Source: Thermodesulfobacteriota bacterium
GTDB taxonomy: Bacteria; Desulfobacterota; Desulfarculia; JACQYL01
Length of the DNA stretch: 64,000 nt
NCBI GenBank assembly: GCA_963675595.2
Contig: CAXXLZ010000002.1
Coordinates: forward strand, 3,648,001-3,712,000
Reading direction: 5' to 3'
In this document: positions 31,253-41,480 of the stretch, in pieces
Layout: each line of letters begins with the position of its first letter
Numbering within the stretch: position 1 is the first letter of the stretch
Translations under genes and position numbers: made by a program
Notes under the pieces: generated by a model
What the model was told of the DNA's origin: nothing
The model's input: the letters and a program-made list of their open reading frames with translations, nothing else
Database searches by the model: none

Positions 31253-32044
31253 TCACTTCACCGCCCTGGTAAAGGGCATCAATAGAAGGTCCCTCAAACG
31301 CACCTTTTCGAACCGTGGATAAGCGCCCACCCCGATGCGTATTCTTTCCTGCGGAACGTCCTTCAACAGGGTTTCCAGCATGCGGTCCCAAAGCGAGAAG
31401 ATGGTTCCGTAGTTGGTGTTTCGTTCTTTGATGACGACCGAGTGATGAATTCGGTGCATGGACGGCGGTACGAAGAGAATCCAATAAATGCGCTCGAACC
31501 ACTCGGGCACTTTGAGGCTGCTGTGGTGAAACTGGGCGCAAAGCACCAGGAGTGTTTCGAACACGATCACCGCCGTGAAGTCGGCTCCGAGAAAGTAGAC
31601 CAGCCCGATTTTGATCCCGGCGGAAATCGCCAACTCGCCGAGATGAAAACGAGTGGCGGTGGATACGTCCATGTTCAGATCGGTATGATGCACCCGATGG
31701 AAACGCCAAAGCATGGGCATTTCATGGTTCAACAGGTGCCATACGTAGAGCATGAAATCCATGAACACCACGGTGACGGTCACCTTGATCCAATAAGGCA
31801 GCGGGATCAGGTTGAGCACCCCGATGCGATGCTCGGTGACATGGTAGGCGGTGGCCGCAACCGCGGAGCCGAAGATCAAAAACAGGATCAGGTTATTGAA
31901 CAAGGTGAGCCCGAGATTATCGAACCAGCGAGCCGTCTTGGATACGGAGGATTCACGATAGGGGACGGTCAATTCGAGCATCAGGAACAGCGCCAATCCT
32001 CCGAGGCTGATAAGCGGGCGAAACAGGGCGTCCGGATCGAACAT
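31253..32044 (-). CDS. Sterol desaturase / fatty acid hydroxylase family protein
   Basis: His boxes WHLLNH, FHRVHH, FHHS, HRIHH; NYGTIFSLWDRM. Confidence 0.9.
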   Translation of the reverse strand: MFDPDALFRPLISLGGLALFLMLELTVPYRESSVSKTARWFDNLGLTLFNNLILFLIFGSAVAATAYHVTEHRIGVLNLIPLPYWIKVTVTVVFMDFMLYVWHLLNHEMPMLWRFHRVHHTDLNMDVSTATRFHLGELAISAGIKIGLVYFLGADFTAVIVFETLLVLCAQFHHSSLKVPEWFERIYWILFVPPSMHRIHHSVVIKERNTNYGTIFSLWDRMLETLLKDVPQERIRIGVGAYPRFEKVRLRDLLLMPFTRAVK

Positions 32045-32761
32045 GGTTCGAGGCCTTTCTTATGATCATGGGGCTATGGGGTTTGGGAAGTCCCGCATCT
32101 TGTACGCTCGTTGGGGGCCGACGCCCGGTTTTCCCCATCTATATTCATGGGGTATGCATTCACGGGGGAAGACTTTCGAGAAAGTATTCCCCCGTACCCC
32201 GATCCAAACTCCTCAATTAGGCCCCACCGCCTTCGGCGGAGAGGCTGAGGCGGAAATAATTCTCCTCACGTATCTCCAACGAACTCCCCATCCCCTGACT
32301 CGGCAAAGGAATTCCCACTAAAAACTTCCGAATAAGTCCCGCCTTTTGACCCCATCGTGCTTAAATTGTACGATCATAATCAAAATATAGGTTTGGGATG
32401 TTGATTAGTCCAGGGGGGCGGGGCTCGAGGGGCTCGGCGGAACCACACGTATTGGTGCCCATCGGCGAGAATATGCTATACTAGTACTTTAGGCTTGACG
32501 TCGGGTGCCGCTCTCGAAAGGGGGCCGTCCCGGCTTTTTCGCATCGTGGAACCTCTCCATTACCGGTAAGCGCCGGCCGGTTGATCGGAGCGTGTCACGG
32601 GTATGGCCCCGAGGGGGGCCGAGCTCATTTGAGTGCCCGTTTTGAGGATCGGGACGTGAATGAATTTCCTAATGAGCTGCTAAAGCGTGATCGGATTGAA
32701 CCATCAAGGCTTCGAATGGACAATCGAGCCTAACCTCCCGTTACAAAAAGCCGGTTGCCGC

Positions 32762-32886
32762 AGGCTGGTGAAAAACCCTGACATGCAAGGCGCGCAAATG
32801 CCGAGGAATGAGCCGTGCATTGAGTACGTCTCAGTGACGGGGGATGCGGCGCAACGCCGCAGATCGCGTTTTTCAACGGCCTGCTG
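32762..32886. repeat. MITE-like repeat module B
   Basis: CTGTTGAAAAA..GCGATCTGCGGCGTTGCGC..CATCCC.CG.CACTG.GACGTA...TTTTTCA.C.G with terminal inverted repeats; copies at ~45345-45490, 53888-54001 and 56199-56345. Confidence 0.8.
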
Positions 32887-32901
32887 AATTTCGAGGAAGC
32901 A

Positions 32902-34791
32902 ATGAAACAAGTACTGATTGCCGTTTTGACCCTGTTGCTCTTGACTTCGGGGGATGACGCGGCCACCGTCGGTCGGATTTGTGATGGTCCCCAGATTTGG
33001 TCGGCTTATCGTTTTTTCGATCCGAGCGCCAACCACTATTTCTACACCATTGACGAGGATGAGAAAAAGATCATACAGGAGATGTGGCCGGATATCTGGA
33101 TTTATGAGAAGGAAGCCTTCTGCGTGTATAACGTTCAGGCGTCCGGCATGGACCTGAAACCGGTGTTCCGATTCTACAGCGACACGCACGGGGTGCACTT
33201 TTTCACCATCTCGGAAACGGAAAAGGACATTATTCTAGAGACGTACCCCGAGGAGGTATGGCGATATGAGGGGATCGCCTGGTATGCGTGGGCCGGGAAG
33301 CCTTCCGTGGAGACGGCATCCACGGCGATGCCGGTTTATCGGTTCTGGTCGGATCGGTATAACGGGCATTTTTTCACCACGGATGAGGATGAGAAATCGG
33401 CTCGTGAGGCCGATCCCAACTGGCGATACGAAGGCATCGCCTATTACGCATTGGCCGGAGAGTCCGAGGTTCCCGAAGGAGTGGAGGTTTCTCCTCTGGG
33501 GTGGGATTTCGGCACGATCAATCCGGGAGCCTATTGCGAACGCACGATAACGCTTACCAACAACGGGGAAGACCTGACGACCGTGTTCGAATTGACCGGA
33601 TTGCCGGCGTCGGGATTCAGCCTGGTGGAATCCCCCTCCCTTCCCTTCCTGATCGAGCCGGGTGGCACGGTTTCGTTGCGGATACGGTTCGCTTCCGAGC
33701 AACATGGGAGAAATTCGGCCAATCTCGGCATTGAAACGGATGATCCGTACAATCCCGTGCAGTACGTATCCTGCACGGGGAATGTACGCTCCTTTAATGA
33801 GTTCGGTTTTCACCTGAATCCCGTGATGCTCAACGGTTCTTTCGAAGGGGGCGCGTACCGGGAGCCGTCCAAGTCCATAGGTGCGGCTTCGAGGGCTCGG
33901 TTCTTCTCTTATGAAACCCCTGTGGGCACCCGTCATGTCAAGCTGCCGCTCGCGGCGAGCCTGAGCAAGGCCTATCCCACGGACGAAGACTACAAACGGA
34001 TGAAGGCCATAGGGGACATCGTCGTGTCCAACATTTGGCTTTCCTACTGGGACGATGCGGGGGATCGTCCGGAAATGGAGAAGATCATAGACCGTTGCGC
34101 CGGGTACGGCCTTCTATTGATCGTCCGCCTTGAGGACCAAAGCCGCATCTCGAACTACCCAACTCCGGGACCTTCCGACGATACGTGGTTCACGGAAGTG
34201 TGGGAGCCGTACGTGCGGTCCATTGTGGAATATGGAAAAGGAAAAGTTTTTGCCTATCAAGTGGGTAACGAAGTGTGGGAACCGTCGCGCTACATGCTGG
34301 GACCCACGGGCGAGAAGATTTCCAACGGGGAATACATCGATTTTCTCGCACGGACCAGGGAGCTGATCCTGTCCATTGATCCCGGTGTGGACGTGTACAA
34401 TTCCGCCCTTACCAGTATCGTGGAATCCGGATATAATCCCAGGGTCAAGGACCTGTTGGATATGGACATTGAAGATTACACCAATATCTTCAACTTCCAT
34501 TATTTTCCCCATGGAGAAGTGGACTTCGATGAATTCCTGAAACTTCTGGAGCTCAGTTTTTACATCGACGACGACGTGATCATCACGGAATGCAACCACA
34601 TCGATCCCGAGGCGAGTGATCAGGACAAATACGAAGCCATCATGGACGTCATGGATGAAGTGTCCGGACTGTTCAGCCTAAGAGGGACATTGGCCTTTGC
34701 GTGGAACGCCGGAACCGCGGATCAAACCCTGCTTCCATGGGTCATCAAGGATACGTCCCTGGAGCAGATGCTTTACGACCATTTCAACTAA
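32902..34791 (+). CDS. Secreted multidomain protein: DUF5648-like repeats, Ig-like (ASH) domain and glycoside-hydrolase-like TIM barrel
   Basis: Signal peptide; three YRF....HF(Y/F)T..E.E....W.YEG repeats; DFG...TITLTNNG Ig domain; YQVGNE and IITE catalytic-type motifs. Confidence 0.8.
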   Translation: MKQVLIAVLTLLLLTSGDDAATVGRICDGPQIWSAYRFFDPSANHYFYTIDEDEKKIIQEMWPDIWIYEKEAFCVYNVQASGMDLKPVFRFYSDTHGVHFFTISETEKDIILETYPEEVWRYEGIAWYAWAGKPSVETASTAMPVYRFWSDRYNGHFFTTDEDEKSAREADPNWRYEGIAYYALAGESEVPEGVEVSPLGWDFGTINPGAYCERTITLTNNGEDLTTVFELTGLPASGFSLVESPSLPFLIEPGGTVSLRIRFASEQHGRNSANLGIETDDPYNPVQYVSCTGNVRSFNEFGFHLNPVMLNGSFEGGAYREPSKSIGAASRARFFSYETPVGTRHVKLPLAASLSKAYPTDEDYKRMKAIGDIVVSNIWLSYWDDAGDRPEMEKIIDRCAGYGLLLIVRLEDQSRISNYPTPGPSDDTWFTEVWEPYVRSIVEYGKGKVFAYQVGNEVWEPSRYMLGPTGEKISNGEYIDFLARTRELILSIDPGVDVYNSALTSIVESGYNPRVKDLLDMDIEDYTNIFNFHYFPHGEVDFDEFLKLLELSFYIDDDVIITECNHIDPEASDQDKYEAIMDVMDEVSGLFSLRGTLAFAWNAGTADQTLLPWVIKDTSLEQMLYDHFN

Positions 34792-34962
34792 TGCCGGCGG
34801 TAGCCGTTGTCCGGGAATTTCGGGCTCACCGTTTGTGGGACCATCGTCGTTCGAAGGGAAGGGGTTTTCCCCGGAAAATGGGTTGTTGTTTTCGTTCCGT
34901 CGAAAAAGAAGCGCCCGGCGGTTGCGGAATCTCTTTGCGGCAGGGAAGGAAGATGTAGAAAC

Positions 34963-36207
34963 ATGGATGGCGAATGCGGGAAGATGCCCGAAAAAGCGCG
35001 GCTGTTGGCCAAACTGGCGGAAGGGAATTTCAGCGTCCCTCCGTTTGTGTATGTTCCGGCGGAGGATTTCAAAAATAAACGTTTTGATGCTCTCGAAACC
35101 TATCTCAAAGATCATTCCGAGCGCTTCAAGGTGATTGCGCGCAGTGCGCATCCGCAGGAGAATTGTTTTAAAGGAGGTACTTTCGACTCCTTGGAAACCT
35201 ATGCGGATGTGGCGGGAATCACCTATGCCCGCACCAAGATCGTAAATTTGGCGCGCACGGCCAAGCGCCTTTCCATACTCCGACAGCAAAAGTTCAACCA
35301 CGCCCCCGAGATCGACGTGGAAGACATGGGCATCGTGGTCATGCCTTTTGTCGAAGGACGGAACGTCATGGCCAAGGTGCTCGGAAACAGTTGGGAATTC
35401 GGGTACGCGGCGGACCGCTCCCAACGGGTGGGTTCCGAGCCGTATCTCACCAAGACGCCCCATGACATGCGTCTCCTGCAGCTGTCCGAGGAGGTGCAGA
35501 ATTACCTGGGTTTTCGATGCGAGATCGAGTTCGTGGTTTCGGAGGAGGGGGATATCTACATCGTGCAGGCGAAAGACATCTCCCAGGCGGACTCGGTGGA
35601 TTTGCAGGATTCGCACAGGAGTCTCCGTTTGGACGGAGTGCGGAGGACGCGAAGGCGAAGGAACTACCGGGAGCGTCCGTTATACGTCATGGACAATCGG
35701 GAGATTTACCTCAATATCATCAGCGTTTGCGAAGACATGGTTCTCGATGCTTCGGAATCGCGCACCACCATCGACGACGTTTTGAGCCTGATCAACGCCT
35801 TTGAAACCGAACTGGAGGAATTCGCCCTCCGGAATCCCCACTTTGCCGTTTTGGGGATTTCCATAAGAATTCCCCAAAACATCTACCAGATCGCCAACCA
35901 TTATCTGGACGATACTCCGGAATTGCAGAAGCAGCTATCCGAGGCCCTTCGCGCCAACATGTATCGCATCGATCAGTTCATATCCGAAGCCGATACCTTG
36001 ATCGCCAAAGCGCGAATCCGGTTTAATCTGTGCAGTCACGACGCCTACGGGGTGGATACGGTGCGCAACCCGCTCTGGTCGGTCTACTGGCACGTGGAGA
36101 ACCACGACACGGCGATACGGGATATCAGGCGGCTGGGTTTCAAGACGGGGGATGAAATCGGCATCGATATCGACTGTGACGAACGACCCACCATGCAACG
36201 GCTTTGA
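34963..36207 (+). CDS. PEP-synthase/PPDK N-terminal (ATP-grasp)-like protein with unknown C-terminal domain
   Basis: EKARLLAKL..FSVPPF, VIARSAHPQE, GGTFDS, IVVMPFV, EIEFVV...IYIVQAKDI; start uncertain. Confidence 0.7.
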   Translation: MDGECGKMPEKARLLAKLAEGNFSVPPFVYVPAEDFKNKRFDALETYLKDHSERFKVIARSAHPQENCFKGGTFDSLETYADVAGITYARTKIVNLARTAKRLSILRQQKFNHAPEIDVEDMGIVVMPFVEGRNVMAKVLGNSWEFGYAADRSQRVGSEPYLTKTPHDMRLLQLSEEVQNYLGFRCEIEFVVSEEGDIYIVQAKDISQADSVDLQDSHRSLRLDGVRRTRRRRNYRERPLYVMDNREIYLNIISVCEDMVLDASESRTTIDDVLSLINAFETELEEFALRNPHFAVLGISIRIPQNIYQIANHYLDDTPELQKQLSEALRANMYRIDQFISEADTLIAKARIRFNLCSHDAYGVDTVRNPLWSVYWHVENHDTAIRDIRRLGFKTGDEIGIDIDCDERPTMQRL

Positions 36208-36371
36208 ACAAGGCGGCGGGGTCGCCTCCTTATTCGAGGCTCCGGTGTCCGAGGGGAATCTTCAAGAGAAACAAGCCCGCTTCTTCCCGGCATTGTCGGC
36301 CGGGATGATTCAAGCGGGCTTTGTTTTGCGCGTCGGCGGTGAGGCCGGCATCACGGGGATCGACGAGAACG

Positions 36372-37316
36372 CTATTTTTCGGGAATCAGAACGGACACGT
36401 CCACTCTCCGATTCTGAGCCATGCTCCATTTGGAGTCGTTGGCTTCCGGGGCCCCGTATTCGCCTTTGCTCGTCGCACTGATGTCGGATTCCGGGACTCC
36501 GAAAGAGGCCAGAATTCGAGCCGCGTTCGTGGCCCTGCCCGCGGCCAGTTCCCAGTTGGAGGGATACTTGGACGTCTTTATGGGCCGGCTGTCCGCGGAA
36601 CCTACCAGTTGAATCCGTCCCGAATAAGCGGACGCGACTTCGGCGACCTTTTTCAGAAACAGATGATCGTTTTGAGGGACTTCCGTCTTGCCGGAATCGA
36701 ACAGGATCGGGCGGCTGAATTTGACCAAGAGTCCTTGGTCGGTGGATTTCATGGAAGTCCAGGGGTCGAGACTCTTGTCCTCCAGTGTTTTGGACACGCG
36801 TTTCATCAGCTCGCTCTGTCCAAATTCCGTTGATCCGGCTTCGCCCATATTCATCATGTCCGCGACCCGCTGCCGAAAGCTCCACCAGTCCAGAGGCTTG
36901 CCGGCAAAAGCGTTACGCACTTCGCCATCCAACGCCGTAAGCCGGTCCAAGTGCCCTTTGATCATGGTGACCAAGCGGCTTTTTTCCTGGGCGAGTTGAT
37001 CCCGTCGTGCCTGCAGGGTTCGTTGCCGCTGCAGCAATTCACTGGGCACGGCGTCGGTCCGGTCCCTTACCCGCTCGATCTGTAGGTCCACCCAATCCAG
37101 GTCTTTCTTGACCTCCAGGGCTTCCTTGCCGATCTCCAGAATTCGTGCGTCGTAATCAACAACGGCATCCTCGAGAATCCGCTTTTCGTCCATGGCCACC
37201 ACGCGAAAAGACTCGAGGGAACCCGCGGGGCTTTGGCTCCAGGCGGAAACCACGGGCAAGCCAAGGATCAAGAAACACAATACGACCACTTTCAACGATT
37301 GCTTCCTTGCGTACAT
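36372..37316 (-). CDS. Periplasmic coiled-coil plus OmpA/MotB-type peptidoglycan-binding protein
   Basis: Signal peptide, coiled coil, ILFDSGK, GSADSRPI...YPSNWELAAGRA, NRRVDV; GGAGG RBS. Confidence 0.85.
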   Translation of the reverse strand: MYARKQSLKVVVLCFLILGLPVVSAWSQSPAGSLESFRVVAMDEKRILEDAVVDYDARILEIGKEALEVKKDLDWVDLQIERVRDRTDAVPSELLQRQRTLQARRDQLAQEKSRLVTMIKGHLDRLTALDGEVRNAFAGKPLDWWSFRQRVADMMNMGEAGSTEFGQSELMKRVSKTLEDKSLDPWTSMKSTDQGLLVKFSRPILFDSGKTEVPQNDHLFLKKVAEVASAYSGRIQLVGSADSRPIKTSKYPSNWELAAGRATNAARILASFGVPESDISATSKGEYGAPEANDSKWSMAQNRRVDVSVLIPEK

Positions 37317-37381
37317 GAACACCTCCACTAACGCCCGAGCCTTGCCGATGCCGGCGAAAACCGGCTGACGACGGCTCCGGG

Positions 37382-37912
37382 TCAGCCTTTGCCGCCTCGT
37401 TGAGGCGGAGCCGATCTACCGGCGTCGACGCGATCATAAAGGATATGATCCGGAGACACATGTATCCGGGCTCGCATGGACACCTCGGTGATTCCGTTGG
37501 AAAGGCGTTTTGTCTCGAGCACTTGAGCTCCCCGCAACCAGGTTTCCGTTTCCAGCCGAACCCGGTCGTAGTCCACCGCGTTGCTCCCCATGCTCATATA
37601 GGCCTGGACGTAGATTCCGTGGATCTCCTCCGCCAGCTTCCGATAAGCGTCGGCAGTGGCGGCGCGTTCGGCCATGAGCATGGCCTGCGCTTTGCTCGAC
37701 GCCTGGTCGGGCTCGACCCCCTTGCCCACCACCGTTACCGTAAGGAGTCCTTTGGTGTCGGGCTCACCGGGATAATTACCCAGCACGCGGTAAGGGTCAC
37801 CGGGGCTGAGGGGCCTGATATAGCCGCCCACCGGAACCCCTCTGGAGCAGGCGGAGAGCGCCAACCCCGAAACCAGGATCACACCAAGACAGCCAATCCA
37901 AAACTTCCTCAT
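37382..37912 (-). CDS. LPP20/FlgP-like lipoprotein
   Basis: Lipobox LSAC; AMLMAERAATADAYRKLAEEIHG. Confidence 0.75.
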   Translation of the reverse strand: MRKFWIGCLGVILVSGLALSACSRGVPVGGYIRPLSPGDPYRVLGNYPGEPDTKGLLTVTVVGKGVEPDQASSKAQAMLMAERAATADAYRKLAEEIHGIYVQAYMSMGSNAVDYDRVRLETETWLRGAQVLETKRLSNGITEVSMRARIHVSPDHILYDRVDAGRSAPPQRGGKG

Positions 37913-37947
37913 ATCTTCCTCCTTTTTCCCACTTGAATGCACTCCGG

Positions 37948-38754
37948 TCAATCCTTTCGAACCAGGGCCACCTCCACTCGCCGGTTGGTTCGACGGTGAG
38001 CCTCGGTATCGTTTTCGACCAATGGCCGATACTCGGAAAAGCCCTCCACCACGATTCTGCGGGGGTCCACCCCCTGGGAAAGCAGCGCCTTGGCCACATT
38101 GACGGCCCGCGCCGTGGACAATTCCCAATTGCTGGGAAAACGATCCGTGCATATGGGAGCATCGTCGGTATGCCCGGATATTTTAATGCTGTATTCCTTC
38201 ATTCTTAGCAGGAATTGGGCCAAACGTTCAAGAACCGGTTGGAAAGGTTCCAGAACTTCCGCCCGACCCGTCTCGAAAAGCACTTGTTCCCCCAACACCA
38301 GAACCGGACCCTGCCGATCGGACCTCAGGTAAAAGTCTTCGGACTCCGAAAGGCTCAGCGCGCTCAGGATCTCTTCCTTGATTTCGCTCCAATCTTCCGT
38401 AGGCGGCGGGACAACGATGCGATGGGTCACTTCATGGGCGGGCGGATATGACTCGGGACGTTGATCATGTATCGGTCGGATGACGGTAAACGGTTCGATG
38501 ACCGACGCTCGAGTGACGCCCGACGAAACCATGGGCGCCGACGTTTCCTTCATACGGCTGTCTCCCTTGGAAACGCCCACCTGGGAAAGCAGCACGAAAA
38601 ACATCAATAGGATGGTCATCAAGTCGCTGAGACTGATCAGCAGCGAATCCCCTTCGGGTTCGCCCTTGAGCAGCCGTTCCCGCCACCGGGACGTCTTCTT
38701 GCGTTCGACCTGCTCCAGGCGGCGGGTAAGCTCTCGAACGTGAGTCTCACGCAT
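37948..38754 (-). CDS. motB: Stator protein MotB
   Basis: TM SLSDLMTILLMFFVLL with the conserved Asp; GHTDD, PSNWELSTARA, NRRVE. Confidence 0.9.
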   Translation of the reverse strand: MRETHVRELTRRLEQVERKKTSRWRERLLKGEPEGDSLLISLSDLMTILLMFFVLLSQVGVSKGDSRMKETSAPMVSSGVTRASVIEPFTVIRPIHDQRPESYPPAHEVTHRIVVPPPTEDWSEIKEEILSALSLSESEDFYLRSDRQGPVLVLGEQVLFETGRAEVLEPFQPVLERLAQFLLRMKEYSIKISGHTDDAPICTDRFPSNWELSTARAVNVAKALLSQGVDPRRIVVEGFSEYRPLVENDTEAHRRTNRRVEVALVRKD

Positions 38755-39571
38755 TCTCTCGCCTCAGGTTCATGAACTTGGCTCGATCCATCACTCCGTG
38801 ATTGGACCCTTTACGGCTGAAATCGCCTCCCGATTGTTGTTCGAGAAAATACTTCAGCCGATGTTGAATGCCCCTCGAGTTCTCTCCTTCGGCGATGGCC
38901 GTTATGCCTTCGATCAGCAGTCCCTTGACGGCCAGTTCCGTGCGAATGTGCTCGGAGAGTTTGCGGGATATGGGAAGAAAGAGGACATTGGCCAGAAGCA
39001 GTCCATAGAAGGTGGTGAGGAGAGCCACGCTCATGGCTTTGCCCACTTCCGCGGCGGATGAGAGATTGCCCAAGGCGCCGACCAAACCGATGATGGTGCC
39101 CACAAAGCCGAAAGCGGGCGCCAGTTTGCTCATGGTGTTCAGAACCGCCAACTGGGACTCGAGGCGAGAGGCATGGAATTCATGCTCTCTTTCCAGAACG
39201 TCCCGAATCTCGTATCTCTCGTAGCGATCCACCACCAGCTCGACGCCGAACTTGAGAAAGGGGTTCCCGATTTTCGCGGCTTCCTGTTCGAGGGCTTTGA
39301 TGCCTTTCAGCCGACCGACGCGAGCCAGAGACACGATCTGCCTGACGGTGGCGTTCATGCCCACGGGCTTGGCGGTGAACATGTGGCGCACCGTTCCCCC
39401 CAATTCCTTCACCGTGGAAACGGGGAAAGCGACCAATACGCCCAACAGGGTTCCTCCCAACACGATCGCCAGACTTTTGACGTTGGAAAAGAGAGAGACT
39501 TCTCCGGCGAAGGAGGTGGATACGAAGACGATAAACGCCAGTACGCCCATGATGACCAGTTTCTGAACCAC
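38747..39571 (-). CDS. motA: Stator protein MotA/PomA
   Basis: IVLGGT, APAFGFVGTIIGLV, ALLTTFYG..ANVLFLP; overlaps motB. Confidence 0.9.
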   Translation of the reverse strand: MVQKLVIMGVLAFIVFVSTSFAGEVSLFSNVKSLAIVLGGTLLGVLVAFPVSTVKELGGTVRHMFTAKPVGMNATVRQIVSLARVGRLKGIKALEQEAAKIGNPFLKFGVELVVDRYERYEIRDVLEREHEFHASRLESQLAVLNTMSKLAPAFGFVGTIIGLVGALGNLSSAAEVGKAMSVALLTTFYGLLLANVLFLPISRKLSEHIRTELAVKGLLIEGITAIAEGENSRGIQHRLKYFLEQQSGGDFSRKGSNHGVMDRAKFMNLRRENA

Positions 39572-39612
39572 GCGTATCTCCTTTCGACCAAACGAATGTT
39601 CACGTTTTGGGA

Positions 39613-39628
39613 TGCATCTATTATGCCA
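39613..39628 (-). promoter_or_regulatory. Sigma54 (-24/-12) promoter for the motAB operon
   Basis: TGGCAT-AATAG-ATGCA on the minus strand, 42 nt upstream of motA. Confidence 0.7.
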
Positions 39629-39825
39629 ATGATCACCCTTCGCCAGCTTGGGCAGGAAGTCTATTAATATCGATAGGTTATCTTCATCGGATGATTCGGA
39701 ATGTTGGGATTTGGCTTCTCCCCGGTCATTTTTTGCCTATACAGTGGGAAGCAAGGCTTCCCGGTCCTTCGGCCAACTATTTGAATTTAAAATCTATTTT
39801 TGTTGGACGAATGGGCTCTAGTCAG

Positions 39826-39841
39826 TGGCACGGAATATGCT
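39826..39841 (+). promoter_or_regulatory. Sigma54 promoter for the GGDEF gene
   Basis: TGGCAC-GGAAT-ATGCT. Confidence 0.7.
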
Positions 39842-39936
39842 TGCTCAAAAATCGGGATCGCTTCTATTGCGGCGAGGAAATCCCCCACCCGCCGCGCCGC
39901 ATGATCGAACGGGGATACAGGAAGGAAATATCGTCT

Positions 39937-41322
39937 ATGCAAGCGTTCAGGTCCGTGATCGACCGTCAAGCTCTTGACTCGAACAAAGCCGTCACCCGGG
40001 ACATCCTTAATTTCCCCAGGCTGCTGAGGGACGAATACGACGTCATTATGATCGGATTGACCAAAGACGCGGAATGGAACCGGGACGTGGTGGATGCACT
40101 GAATAAGGACCACGACGGCAAGCGAATCGTTTTGATGACCGATGACTCGGTGCTGGCCGAAGTGGTGCCTTTGCTCCGCAGAGGAGGCTCCAATCTGGTG
40201 GTGTCTCCGTCGTTGTGTGCGGAAGACCCGCTACGGGAATCGAGAACGGGGACGGTGGTCGCCTCTTCTTTGTCCAGCCGTTCCGAAGAGTCGACCGAAG
40301 ACCGATTCAGAGGGCTTTCAAGGGCGGAACCGCCGGGCGAACTTGCCTTCTTACGAGAGTTTACCCGAAACGTGCATCAATCTCTCGATCCTGTCGAGAT
40401 TGTGGATAAGACCCTCGAAATGGTGGGCTGTGCCGCCGGCGTCGAGATGATAACGGTTCTCTTATTGGAAGAGGAACGGAATTTTTTCGTCACATGGCTT
40501 AAAGGCGATCCTTCCATCGAAGAGAAAACCCGCCTCCAAGGGGAAATCCAGAGGAGCCTCGCATCCTGGGTGAACGGGAAGCCTTCCGCCTTCGATTGGC
40601 GCTTGGAACGATACGATGATGGGATAGCTTACGACGGAACGCCGAAACCGGAAGGGATGCAGGCCTTTCCTCTCGAATTCAAGGGAGAGCGAGTGGGGGT
40701 CTTGGCGTATAAGTCAGGTTCCTCCGGGGGAAACAAGGAAGAAATCGATTCGCTGTTTCGGAGTGTCGCCGAGCCCCTGGCTTTGGCTTTGTGGAATGCG
40801 GAAAAGTACGATCGGATGTTGCGGCTGGCCGAAACGGACGAGCTGACCGGTTTGCCCAACTATAGGGCCACCATAAGGCGGCTTAGGCAGGAAGTGGAAC
40901 GGGCGGTTCGCCATAATGAACCCCTTTCCATCATTCTCCTGGACCTGGATCACTTCAAGACCATCAACGATACGCTGGGACATGCGACCGGAGATTTGGT
41001 GCTCCGGGAGTTCTCACGCATATTGGAGGGCAGCCTGCGCGCCTACGATTTGGCCGGAAGATACGCCGGGGACGAGTTCCTGCTGGTGTTGCCCAAGACC
41101 ACGAGCGCCCATGCCGCCCGCATCGCGGAACGCATCCATGCCGAGATTCACAAACATGCATGGCCCGATGCATTGAACGGAAACCAGGTGACCGCGAGCA
41201 TCGGAGTGGCTTCGCGCGAGGACGACGATCCCTGCGCTACCATGGAAGACTTGTTCAGGGACGTGGATGATGCGCTTTATCGAGCCAAACGGGAAGGGCG
41301 GGACCGGACCATGTCCGCCTGA
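39937..41322 (+). CDS. Diguanylate cyclase (GAF-like plus GGDEF; AGDEF variant with RxxD I-site)
   Basis: DELTGLPN, DLDHFKTINDTLGHATGD, RAYDLAGRYAGDEF; start uncertain (39901 or 39937). Confidence 0.9.
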   Translation: MQAFRSVIDRQALDSNKAVTRDILNFPRLLRDEYDVIMIGLTKDAEWNRDVVDALNKDHDGKRIVLMTDDSVLAEVVPLLRRGGSNLVVSPSLCAEDPLRESRTGTVVASSLSSRSEESTEDRFRGLSRAEPPGELAFLREFTRNVHQSLDPVEIVDKTLEMVGCAAGVEMITVLLLEEERNFFVTWLKGDPSIEEKTRLQGEIQRSLASWVNGKPSAFDWRLERYDDGIAYDGTPKPEGMQAFPLEFKGERVGVLAYKSGSSGGNKEEIDSLFRSVAEPLALALWNAEKYDRMLRLAETDELTGLPNYRATIRRLRQEVERAVRHNEPLSIILLDLDHFKTINDTLGHATGDLVLREFSRILEGSLRAYDLAGRYAGDEFLLVLPKTTSAHAARIAERIHAEIHKHAWPDALNGNQVTASIGVASREDDDPCATMEDLFRDVDDALYRAKREGRDRTMSA

Positions 41323-41480
41323 TCGGACAGCCGTCCATGGCAATTCTTCACGGGGGAAATTCCCGATACGGGGCTTTCCCCCGTTTTGCATTTTCGGGCC
41401 CGCTACAACCCTTCAATGGGCCGGAAAGTATCCTTCCGGGAAAGAATCACTGAAGAACCGCATGAGACTTGGGTTCGGCC

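Noticed and set aside
28656-31272. Long plus-strand ORFs (553 aa, 443 aa) and similar ones at 43609..44808, 45572..46795, 47837..49084 and 51093..52244
   Set aside because: Antisense shadows of well-supported genes in GC-rich DNA.
37948-39571. Zorya ZorAB anti-phage motor
   Set aside because: MotA is normal length without the long ZorA tail, there are no zorC/D/E genes, and the context is sigma54/flagellar-like.
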